64,000 nucleotides of DNA from Blepharisma stoltei ATCC 30299 (taxonomy: Eukaryota; Protista; Ciliophora), in NCBI GenBank assembly GCA_965603825.1, contig CBFDEM010000053.1, positions 1 through 64,000 on the forward strand. Reading direction: 5' to 3'. Positions 1 through 12,437 of this stretch are shown piece by piece. The position numbers and the translations under genes are program-made. Each line of letters starts with the position of its first letter. The stretch's first letter is position 1. The notes under the pieces were generated by a model that had not been told where the DNA came from, ran no database searches, and saw only the letters and a list, made by a program, of their open reading frames with translations.

Positions 1-3000
1 AACACCCTAACACCCTAACACCCTAACACCCTAACACCCTAACACCCTAACACCCTAACACCCTAACACCCTAACACCCTAACCCTACACCCTAACACCC
101 TAACACCCTAACACCCTAACACCCCTAACACCCTAACACCCTAACACCCTAACACCCTAACACCCTAACACCCTAACACCCTAACACCCTACACCCTAAC
201 GACCCTAAACACCCTAACACCCTAACTACCCTAACACCCTAACACCCTAACACCCTAACACCCTAACACCCTAACACCCTAACACCCTAACACCCTAACA
301 CCCTAACACCCTAACACCCTAACACCCTAACACCCTAACACCCTAACACCCTAACACCCTAACACCCTAACACCCTAACACCCTAACACCCTAACACCCT
401 AACACCCTAACACCCTAACACCCTAACACCCTAACACCCTAACACCCTAACACCCTAACACCCTAACACCCTAACACCCTAACACCCTAACACCCTAACA
501 CCCTAACACCCTAACACCCTAACACCCTAACACCCTAACACCCTAACACCCTAACACCCTAACACCCTAACACCCTAACACCCTAACACCCTAACACCCT
601 AACACCCTAACACCCTAAACACCCTAACACCCTAACACCCTAACACCCTAACACCCTAACACCCTAACACCCTAACACCCTAACACCCTAACACCCTAAC
701 ACCCTAACACCCTAACACCCTAACACCCTAACACCCTAACACCCTAACACCCTAACACCCTAACACCCTAACACCCTAACACCCTAACACCCTAACACCC
801 TAACACCCTAACACCCTAACACCCTAACACCCTAACACCCTAACACCCTAACACCCTAACACCCTAACACCCTAACACCCTAACACCCTAACACCCTAAC
901 ACCCTAACACCCTAACACCCTAACACCCTAACACCCTAACACCCTAACACCCTAACACCCTAACACCCTAACACCCTAACACCCTAACACCCTAACACCC
1001 TAACACCCTAACACCCTAACACCCTAACACCCTAACACCCTAACACCCTAACACCCTAACACCCTAACACCCTAACACCCTAACACCCTAACACCCTAAC
1101 ACCCTAACACCCTAACACCCTAACACCCTAACACCCTAACACCCTAACACCCTAACACCCTAACACCCTAACACCCTAACACCCTAACACCCTAACACCC
1201 TAACACCCTAACACCCTAACACCCTAACACCCTAACACCCTAACACCCTAACACCCTAACACCCTAACACCCTAACACCCTAACACCCTAACACCCTAAC
1301 ACCCTAACACCCTAACACCCTAACACCCTAACACCCTAACACCCTAACACCCTAACACCCTAACACCCTAACACCCTAACACCCTAACACCCTAACACCC
1401 TAACACCCTAACACCCTAACACCCTAACACCCTAACACCCTAACACCCTAACACCCTAACACCCTAACACCCTAACACCCTAACACCCTAACACCCTAAC
1501 ACCCTAACACCCTAACACCCTAACACCCTAACACCCTAACACCCTAACACCCTAACACCCTAACACCCTAACACCCTAACACCCTAACACCCTAACACCC
1601 TAACACCCTAACACCCTAACACCCTAACACCCTAACACCCTAACACCCTAACACCCTAACACCCTAACACCCTAACACCCTAACACCCTAACACCCTAAC
1701 ACCCTAACACCCTAACACCCTAACACCCTAACACCCTAACACCCTAACACCCTAACACCCTAACACCCTAACACCCTAACACCCTAACACCCTAACACCC
1801 TAACACCCTAACACCCTAACACCCTAACACCCTAACACCCTAACACCCTAACACCCTAACACCCTAACACCCTAACACCCTAACACCCTAACACCCTAAC
1901 ACCCTAACACCCTAACACCCTAACACCCTAACACCCTAACACCCTAACACCCTAACACCCTAACACCCTAACACCCTAACACCCTAACACCCTAACACCC
2001 TAACACCCTAACACCCTAACACCCTAACACCCTAACACCCTAACACCCTAACACCCTAACACCCTAACACCCTAACACCCTAACACCCTAACACCCTAAC
2101 ACCCTAACACCCTAACACCCTAACACCCTAACACCCTAACACCCTAACACCCTAACACCCTAACACCCTAACACCCTAACACCCTAACACCCTAACACCC
2201 TAACACCCTAACACCCTAACACCCTAACACCCTAACACCCTAACACCCTAACACCCTAACACCCTAACACCCTAACACCCTAACACCCTAACACCCTAAC
2301 ACCCTAACACCCTAACACCCTAACACCCTAACACCCTAACACCCTAACACCCTAACACCCTAACACCCTAACACCCTAACACCCTAACACCCTAACACCC
2401 TAACACCCTAACACCCTAACACCCTAACACCCTAACACCCTAACACCCTAACACCCTAACACCCTAACACCCTAACACCCTAACACCCTAACACCCTAAC
2501 ACCCTAACACCCTAACACCCTAACACCCTAACACCCTAACACCCTAACACCCTAACACCCTAACACCCTAACACCCTAACACCCTAACACCCTAACACCC
2601 TAACACCCTAACACCCTAACACCCTAACACCCTAACACCCTAACACCCTAACACCCTAACACCCTAACACCCTAACACCCTAACACCCTAACACCCTAAC
2701 ACCCTAACACCCTAACACCCTAACACCCTAACACCCTAACACCCTAACACCCTAACACCCTAACACCCTAACACCCTAACACCCTAACACCCTAACACCC
2801 TAACACCCTAACACCCTAACACCCTAACACCCTAACACCCTAACACCCTAACACCCTAACACCCTAACACCCTAACACCCTAACACCCTAACACCCTAAC
2901 ACCCTAACACCCTAACACCCTAACACCCTAACACCCTAACACCCTAACACCCTAACACCCTAACACCCTAACACCCTAACACCCTAACACCCTAACACCC

Positions 3001-3506
3001 TAACACCCTAACACCCTAACACCCTAACACCCTAACACCCTAACACCCTAACACCCTAACACCCTAACACCCTAACACCCTAACACCCTAACACCCTAAC
3101 ACCCTAACACCCTAACACCCTAACACCCTAACACCCTAACACCCTAACACCCTAACACCCTAACACCCTAACACCCTAACACCCTAACACCCTAACACCC
3201 TAACACCCTAACACCCTAACACCCTAACACCCTAACACCCTAACACCCTAACACCCTAACACCCTAACACCCTAACACCCTAACACCCTAACACCCTAAC
3301 ACCCTAACACCCTAACACCCTAACACCCTAACACCCTAACACCCTAACACCCTAACACCCTAACACCCTAACACCCTAACACCCTAACACCCTAACACCC
3401 TAACACCCTAACACCCTAACACCCTAACACCCTAACACCCTAACACCCTAACACCCTAACACCCTAACACCCTAACACCCTAACACCCTAACACCCTAAC
3501 ACCCTA
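1..3506. repeat. Telomere, (CCCTAACA)n, C-rich strand on +
   Basis: Near-perfect 8-mer tandem array from base 1 to ...ACCCTA at 3506, then an abrupt switch to AT-rich unique sequence. A few indel variants occur in the first ~620 nt. CCCTAACA is the heterotrich (Stentor/Blepharisma) telomere unit. Confidence 0.98.
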
Positions 3507-3713
3507 TATTCTTTATTTGTAATTTTCAAATTCTAATGAAAACCATTTGAACTATCTTCATTCCGTATGAATATCAATTACATAATTAAATTTGACTAAA
3601 TTTCTTGATTTTTCTTATAATTTATCCATTTTAATTATAAATATTAGCAATATGAATAAATAAATTTCATACTTTTTAACCCTTAAATCAATTTTTTCAT
3701 TTTCGAACAATAA

Positions 3714-4358
3714 TTCTCCATCCATCCGTCTATATCTACTCAAGCTAAAGCTTCAGCTATTAGTGATTTAACTATCTCTGCTGCAAAAATCTCCACTTCA
3801 TCTGTCAAATCTCCCACTGTTTCTGCTTCGGAGATCTCTGCTTCATCTGTGACATCTTCCACTCTTCCTGCTTCAAATATTTCTACTTCAAGCATCAATT
3901 CTTCAACTCTGTTAGCTTCAAGTATTTATAATTTGAGTGTCATTGCTTCATCTGTCACATCTTCAACTCTTACTGCTTCAACTATTTCTACTTCATCTCT
4001 CACGTCTTCAACTTTTACTTCTTCAACTATTCTACTTCATCTGTCAAACTATTTCTACTTATCTGTCAAATTTTTAGCTATTAATGCTTCATCTTTTTCA
4101 GCCTTAAGTATAATCTCTTCAACTATCATTGCTTCAAAAGTCTCTGCTTCAGTCATCATTGATTCAAAAATCACAGCATCTGCTATATCTGCTTTTTATA
4201 TCAAATCTTCAGCTATATCTGCTTTAGCTGTCAGCGCATCATCTATTACATCTTCAACGATCAATGCATCAAGTATTTTTGCGGCTATCAGTGATTCAAT
4301 TGTTAATATTACAAAAATTTCTACTCCAAAAATCACTGATACAAACAACAATAATTAA
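3714..4358 (+). pseudogene. Ser/Ala/Ile-rich pentapeptide-repeat (15-bp period) reading frame with no ATG; probable truncated or decayed gene
   Basis: Frame open from 3714 (after TAA 3711) to TAA 4358. It reads SASEI SASSV TSSTL PASNI STSSI NSSTL..., has no ATG, and slips locally out of register near 4026-4070. Confidence 0.45.
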
Positions 4359-4680
4359 TATTAAGAACTAAAAATTAAATTTTTGCAATCTAGAATTTGG
4401 CTCTCAATATTAATAATTCTTACACACAATTTTTCAAATTATATTGCTCGCTAGTAGAATTTAATAATTACTTCATCAATCATATTCCAATATTAAGACT
4501 ATAGCATATCATGTCTTTTAATTTGTATGAGAATGGACCGTAATCGATTTGCTCAGGCTTTAAAGGAGGGATAGCTATTTCCTTCATCTTGAAGTTTCAA
4601 TTGAGAGAGTTGGGTTTTATAAAAATTAGCAAATGCTAAGCTTTTTCAAAAAAATCCATTTCTTCATAAAAAATTTCAAT

Positions 4681-7600
4681 ATGATCTTTTTAATTGTCAT
4701 GCTTCTCTTCAATGCTTATGGCCTCATCACTTGCAACCCAAATACTTGCATTCCTAAAGCAGTAATTTTTATGTAGCGAGGCGATGGAATTTGCGACTTA
4801 AGCTGCATGACATCCTATTGTGGCTTTGATTCTGGATCAAGCTGGAGCTTTGGTGATTCCTTTCAAAAATCTGATTGCTACTCATCCTGTAAAGATATAG
4901 CATCGTCGATATGCCTTGATGTTTTGGGCAACGGAGTCTGTGATCAATATTGCAGCATCCCTGAGTGTGGCTATGATCTTGGAGATTGCAGCTACTGTGG
5001 CAATGAGTGTAAATTGCATTTAGGTCTAGAAAATCAACTAAATGGAAGTTGTAACCCAGCATGTGATGTTCCTTCTTGCTATTACGCAGAAAACGTATGC
5101 CGAGAATGCTCTGTAGGGTGCAACTCAACAATCTGAGGAGATGGAAATTGCAATAGCGAATGCAAAAATGCTCAGTGCAATTATGATAACGGAGACTGCT
5201 TAAGTCTTACTTGTGCTGAAAATTGCTTTATTTGGATGATAGGAAACTCAGAATGCGACCAAGCTTGTAACAATGAAAAATGCGAATATGACAAAAACGA
5301 CTGCGGATGCACGCCAGAATGCCCAAACAGGATATGAGGAGACGGGGTATGCAATGAAGAATGCAATAATTTAGACTGTGGGTTTGATAAAGGAGACTGT
5401 GGGCACTGCTCAAGTGGATGCAGCATCGCTAAACTTTCAAACCAAAAGTGTGATCCTGAATGCAATACTGCCAATTGTGAGTGAGACTATGGAATTTGTG
5501 GATGCTCCAAGTTTTGCGCAGTCGAGGACTATGGGAAGTGCAGTCCTGGGTGCTTAGTAGGGGAATGCAATTATGATCAAATGAGCTCAGATTCTGAAAA
5601 ACGGTGCAAAAACCAGGAATTGATCTGGTTTACTGTTTACCAGCAGATAATTAGAAATGATACCAGCTCTATTGTAAGTTTTGATGATTGCTGAGCAGCG
5701 TCTAGCTATAAATGTAATCTCACTATGGCTCTAGACAAAAATGAATGCCATCCAGAATGCTTTATACCTGTTTGCAACTATGGTCTTTGCCACACAAACT
5801 CATTATCAGATTGTAAAAGCAATCTCCCTGTCGAAGCCCACAATATCTGCAATTCTTGCACTTTCTCCTCCGAAATCTCAAACTCTTCTTGCAATGGATG
5901 CTTAAATAGTTCACCATCAAGCAATAATTTAAATTTATTTGGATTGTCTTTTTGCTATTCAAATCCAGAAATAAAAACATTTCCTCATTACGATGTGGTA
6001 TACTTGTCCTCTCAGCATTCCTCTGGTTTGTCTGGAAATGGGACAATTAATAATCCATTTTTGAATCTAGAAATGTATTTTTTGACTTCAATGAGTTGTG
6101 AGCCAAAGATATTAGGGCTGATAAATGACGGAACTTATATATGGTCTCAACCATGGTCCTATCCATTTTGCAATGTCATCATGTTTTCATTGGATGAGAG
6201 TAAGGTAACTATAAGAACCTATGGATGATATACTACTGGAATGGAGCTTGAACAAAATGTTACATTCGAAAATATTATTTTCAATGGTGCAGGATTTAAT
6301 TATGACTTCTGCACTGGCTTTGAATATTGCGAATATGTTTGATACAGCATTTTTAATGAGAGCGATGGCTACTATTATAGCGACAGAGGGGACCGAGTTT
6401 CTAAGTATCGATCACAGTATAGAGAAGACTTTCCTGATTTTATAGGAAATTCTATGTTTATATGTTCAAGTTGTATTCTTACTTTTAGGAATGTAGAAAT
6501 AAAGAACTGAAGATTCTATGTGTCAGCTATTATTAAAGGAAATGGAAATCTGAGATTGATTAATGTTAATTTTGACAATATATGAGTAAATAAAGAAGCA
6601 ACTGCAGTAATTTCGCTGACTACGTCAAGCTCAAACAGCAACCCCACTTTTACCTATATTGGAGGACGTGTTTCAAGACTAAATAATGGGTATGAATTTG
6701 GAGATCCTTGAGACTTTCGTGGATTTTTGCATATATCTGGCCCTTCTTCAGTTCGTGTAGAAAACGTAGATTTTATGTATAATTTAGCCTACAGGAAGCC
6801 TCAAAGCACTTTTTCAGAAGCTTCACTAATATATCTTGAATCGCCTGCTACTTTTAAATTGTCTAACTGCACTTTTATGTATAATTATTATGAAACTGGC
6901 TTAATTCAGATTTATATGTCTGTATCAGCTAGCCAGTTTAAAGTCAATGCATCTGACTACATAAATTACTTTGAATTAGATCATATTATATTTGAAGGCT
7001 TAACATTTAAATCGAATTTCGCAGATTCCAGCTTCATTTATATCCACTATTTAAATAATCTTTTGAATTTTGCACTTCAAGACACAACGTTTGAACTGAA
7101 TGGAGCTCTTGAAGGTCCTTTAATTAATTTAGATAATTCTATAGTGCTGGAAGAGTACAAAATATGAACGACAAAAGAAATCACAACTCAGGCTGGGAGG
7201 ATTTTCAACGCAACAATTGCGCCAAGATGATGCAAGTTCAAAAATCTGAATTTCACAAAAAATTACGCTCAAGGGATGTTTAAAGCAGAATATATGGCAA
7301 ATTTTTTAATCAGTAATGCCATTTTTGATGCTAACTGGTCTTCAGATGATAGCGAAAATATAAACACTTTGGTTCTTGATTACTTCGTGAAAAGCGATCA
7401 CTTATATATCAGGAAAGTAAAGGAATCTCCAGAGTCAATTGACTGCAAATGGCTGGCTTCAATTTCGAATTCATACAGTTTGGATATTTCATTTATTACA
7501 ATAACTAACAATATATGTAGAACCTCTTCACCAACCTTTAGTATTTTTGAGTCAGATACCAAGGAAATCACTTCAATCAATTGTGACTCAAACTACGGAG

Positions 7601-10600
7601 AGGGAGCTGCCCCAATCTGTTTGCTGCTTACAGGGGCTTTTGAGAGAAATTTAACAAAATCAACATTTTCCAACAACCAAAATGCTTATTTTTCAGGAAA
7701 TGGAGCCATTCAAATAAAAGACAGCCAAAGCATGTCCATCATTAATTGCACCTTCTTCAACAATACTGGCAACATTGGAGCTGCAGCTAGCTTTACAGGC
7801 ATGAACTTATTAATTGATTCGTCAACATTTGACTTGAATTCTTCTCCAAGTGGCTACGGAGCATCAATCTATGCTTTGTTTTCAGAAAGCTCAGATCAGA
7901 AATTGTTTAAGGTCTCTTCAAGTGCTTTTTCAAATGGATCTGGGCTGAATGGAGGCGCCATCTATATGGCACAAGTTTTGTCCCAAAATTCTATTGAATT
8001 AATAATATCTGATTCGCTATTTACTGGAAATGCCGCTTCTTATGGCTCTTCGATTTATTTAGATAGATCAATTTCACTTGATAGCTCTTCAAATGTAATT
8101 GATTGCCTGTTCCTTGCTAGCCAAATCGGGGTCTCTGGCTCTATATCTTTATACAACTCTGGGACCTTAAAATTTAAGGGCTGTAAATTTTCCAAAAATG
8201 TAGGCCCAAAAGGGGTGGTATTTTACGTAAATTTCAGAAGTTCTCTGAATTCAAAGCTTATTGTCGAGTCCTGCACATTTGAAAGTAACCGAGGAGATTC
8301 AATTGTCTTTTCTGGCAACCCAAGCAGTTCAATACAAATTGTGACTCAATTTTGCACTTTTGAATATAATACTGGAAGCGTGTTTTATATAATTTTTAAC
8401 TCACTGGCCGATACAGGTTCGATTTTTCGCCATAACTCTGCTGATTCTTCTTGCATTCACTTTCAAAACTCTGCGAGTCTTGAATTAGCCTCAACTTTGT
8501 TTTTAAATAATACAAGCAGTTCAATGGGAGGAGCAATATCTCTCAGATCAAAATCTTCTCTTAATTGCAGCTTTTGTACTTTTACAGAAAATTTAGCCCA
8601 AAATGGCTTTGGAGGTGCTTTGTATGCAGAGGAGGACTCTTTCTTGAATATTTCAAATTCAATTTTTTCGAAAAATGTCGGCGGAAATGATGGAGATGCC
8701 ATTTATATATTTAATGCCAAAAACTTAACAATTAGTTCAAGTGAATTTTTTGATCATCTTTCCAAAGGAAGTGTCATTTACTTGATGAGCTCAGACTTAG
8801 AAATTTCATCTTCTCGTATATATAAAAACAAATCTCCTGGTATTAAACTCAGTATGTCAACTATCAAAATAGAGAATTCTGAGATTACTGACCAGGTATG
8901 CACTTTGGGCTGCTCAGTTTCTGCAACTTTGGAAAGTCAGGTGTATATTATAAATTCTCAATTGCGTCATAGTAATTCAACTAAAGGAGGAGGAGCTATA
9001 TATTCAAGTCAGAGTGATATTTACCTTCAATCTTCTTCATTTAGCCAGCTCATTTCTGACTCTGGAGCCTCCATCTATGCAACGTACGAAAGCAATTTAG
9101 AAATTAAAGACTGTCAGTTTCTAGACATAAGCTCCTCTTTAGATGGGATCATCTATGCATATCAAGCCACAATCTTAATAGAAAATTCCCATTTTAATCG
9201 CTTTACAGGTTCTGGCCTATATGGGAGCCTGCTAGCAAGCCTAGAAATAAAAGACTCCATTTTCACAGGAGGAAATGGGACTCTGGGAGCATCTATTTAC
9301 TGCTTAAATTGCGAGTCAATTAACCTTGAAGATTGCTCCTTTACTGAGAATTATGCAGAGTCTTTAGGTGGGGCATTATACATAACAACAGACAATGGAA
9401 ATGCGAAAAAAAGCAGTTGCGAAATAAGCAACTGCTTATTTGAACGTAATATTGGAGGAGCAGGAGGGGCTATCTATGCAAAGGATATCGCTTTACTGAT
9501 TACTTCATCTCAATTTGCGAGCAATAAAGCTGATTTTTTAGGCTTAGAAACGAAAAACTATGGGCAGGCTGGAGGTGTTTATATGAGCTGTTCAAATGCA
9601 AATTATTGCGATTTTAAATTAAAATCTTGCAACTTTACCAAAAATTCAGCCAGTCTTAATGGAGGCGGCATATACTTTGACAATGAAGAGCCTGGCTTAA
9701 AGAATAACATCTTCAAAGACAATTCTGCAATCTATGGGAATGATGTGGCTTCATACCCAGTCAAACTGATGGTAGTCAATGAGGATGGAACACTAGCTGA
9801 AAATTTCAATGGAAGGGCTTTAAGTCAAATTCCCATCTCAACCTTTAATTTAACAGACGTGGCCTCAGGCCAAAAAAGTTCTAAACCTCTACTTATTGCT
9901 TTGGTAGATACTTTCGACCAAATTGTAAGTTCTGATCATGTGAGCACCGGAGAAATAAGACCAATCTCTTCAGCTATAGTTGACGGAACTATAAGAGTAA
10001 CTGCAGTGAACGGGATTTTCAACTTTTCGTCATATACAATTTCAGCAGAGCCAGAAACAGATGTTCAAATTAAAGTGTTTTCGCCAAATATCGATATTTC
10101 GAAAGCACTAATCTCAGGCAGCTCATCAAGTCAGTCTTTATACATCAACGCTAAAATGAGAAGCTGCAGGACTGGCGAAGTTAAGAATGGGAAACTATGC
10201 AAAGTTTGTCCTGAGGGCTATTACAGCTTGGGGACAAACTTAACCTCATGCTTGGCTTGTCCTGATGTAGCTGTGTGCTATGGGAGCTATAGAATGTCTC
10301 CAAAGCCTGGATATTGAAGAGATAACCCATACACAGATCAGTTCTGGAAATGCCCCAATCCTTCTGCTTGCCTTGGATCCCCTGATGCAGATAATGTCTC
10401 CTATACTGGGGTTTGCAGTAAAGGCTACAAAGGAAACAAATGCCAATCCTGCCAAGAAAATTATTCTAGATCATTAAGCAGCAAGTGCAAAGAATGCCCG
10501 TCCTTAGCATTAAATATCTTCATAATAATTGCCATTTTTTGCTTGTTCATCATTGTAGCGTTCTTGCTAGTGAGATCCATCATCAAATCAGCTTTAAAAC

Positions 10601-11832
10601 CCGCAGCTCTAGTGCCAGTATACCTGAAAATCTTTTTGAATTACATACAGTTGGTAAATATTGCTTCCACTTTTGACTTGAGCTGGCCCTCAGAAGTGAT
10701 AGAACTATTTTACGTCCAAAATGGAGTAGACTATGTTTATCAGCAGATCTATTCCTTTGAGTGTCTTTTGAAAGAAGATCACGGAAGCGATAGCTACTTC
10801 AAGACGTTGGTAATTATCGCAGCATTTCCAGCAATTGCTTTTTTCATAGCCTTCATTATATGAATTTTGATTAAAGCCATTCAACAATCATATAAAAACT
10901 TTTGAGATGATTTTATATCGACCTGCATCATTATTTTGTTCCTCATATACCCAACAGTTGTAAAAAAATTGCTTGGGTCTCTTAACTGCACAGAAATCAA
11001 CTCTGGAGAATTTTGGCTTAAGGAAGATCTTGACATACGATGCTGGGAGGAAAGGCATATCTTTTATATTTTAGCTGTTACCATCCCTGCTTTAATTGTA
11101 TGGGGAATTTTTTTCCCTGTAATATGTCTAATAAGTATTGTTAGACAGAGAAAAATGCTGGAGAATGTCAATGTCAGGCTAAGATATGGGTTTCTCTTTA
11201 GTGGATTTAAGCCAAAGCAATATTTTTGGGAGTTTATTATTTTATATAGCAAGCTTCTCTTGGTTTGCTGCTCAGTTTTTATGACGGTTATAAATATAAA
11301 AATTCAGGCACTCATTGCTGCAGCCTTATTGTCATTATTTTGGCATCTCCAATTTGGAAACAAGCCTTATATTGAAGATAACTTAAATAATACAGAGCTA
11401 GTCGCAAAAACAGTATGCGTAATCACAATTTACAGTGGCTTATTTTATTTGACTGGCTCTTTGGGGAATACTGCGAAAATCATTTTATTTATTTTTATAT
11501 TTATCACAAATATATACTTTGTGGCTTATTGATTCTTCAAGTTATTTAAATTTAGCATCCCAATTATAATTAAAAAGATAAAGAAGTTATTTAAAGGCAC
11601 TAAGGTCGTGCCTATTTCAAATTCTGAAGTTCTTAGTCAGCCAGAAACTTTGAAAAATGCCACTAGAAATCAAAATTTTTCGATTTCTTCAATTGAAAGC
11701 TTGCAGCTTAAGACCATAGATGTTTATTTTGGAAGAGATCCTGAAAGCTTGCCAGAAAATTTTGATCAAGAAAAACCTTTTAAAAGCGCTTTGACTCCCG
11801 GCCAAAGCCATGAAGAACTTGGTGATTTCTAA
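4681..11832 (+). CDS. ~2378-aa surface/receptor-like protein: signal peptide, LNR (Lin12/Notch) repeats, parallel beta-helix (GGAI/FxxN, Pmp-like) repeats, Cys-rich region, multi-pass TM C-terminus
   Basis: ATG 4681 (MIFLIVMLLFNAYG). Track ORFs 4807, 5725, 6727, 7276, 10543, 10936 and 11608 share one frame and are joined by TGA=Trp. One 15-nt intron at 4762-4776. Motifs GNGVCDQYCSIPECGYDLGDC, NGGAIY, GGGAIY and RYGFLFSGFKPKQYFWEFIIL. Ends in TAA. Confidence 0.9.
4762..4776 (+). other. 15-nt spliceosomal intron GTAATTTTTATGTAG
   Basis: GTAA...TAG with A at -6. Removal deletes an in-frame TAG and joins the signal peptide to RGDGICDLSC (first LNR). Confidence 0.9.
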
Positions 11833-12437
11833 AATAATGAATATATTATCGGTAACCCCAGGAGATATAAAGAATAATTAAACTAATCTACTTATAGTGA
11901 TAATAAATGAGTAAAACAATTAAAAAAGAAAATAAGTACGGTATTTGCAAAACCCTAGAAGGAAGCACATTGCTAAGATGCTGAAATAAGCATAATTAAG
12001 CAATTAAATTATAAGAGCTTTTAATAATTTTAAATTTAACTTTAATGCTCTTTTTTATAAGCTTTATTCGAACAACTTTCTTTGTTATTATCCATAATTG
12101 TCATAGTAAAAATAGAATTGCGTCCTTAAACTAATTCTTTTATAAAATATTCAATGATGTTTTCCTAGACTATATCATGAATAGCAATCAGCAAATAGAT
12201 TTTTCTCATTTAATTAAATCTTCATGTAGGCGCAGTGATGCCGCTGCCTAGTCTGAACTTAAAACTTTTGTTCCTATAAATTCCAAAAACATTAAGCGTT
12301 CCTGGCTCAAAGGGGAAAAAAAGCGAAATTATATCTTAAAGATAAACCGACCTAGCCATAGAAATGCTGAGATTAGCCTTAATTTCTTTCAGCTAGTTAA
12401 TAAAATTAGTAAAATATATTTGTAAAAATTAATAGCT

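Noticed and set aside
1-3506. Tandem array as CRISPR or satellite; variant units in the first ~620 nt as real telomerase variants
   Set aside because: There are no spacers, and the array is terminal with a known telomere unit. The variants are sporadic indels at the distal end and more likely read errors.
12225-12260. GC-rich imperfect hairpin with TGATG...CTGA suggesting a C/D snoRNA
   Set aside because: The box C match is imperfect and the spacing is far too short.
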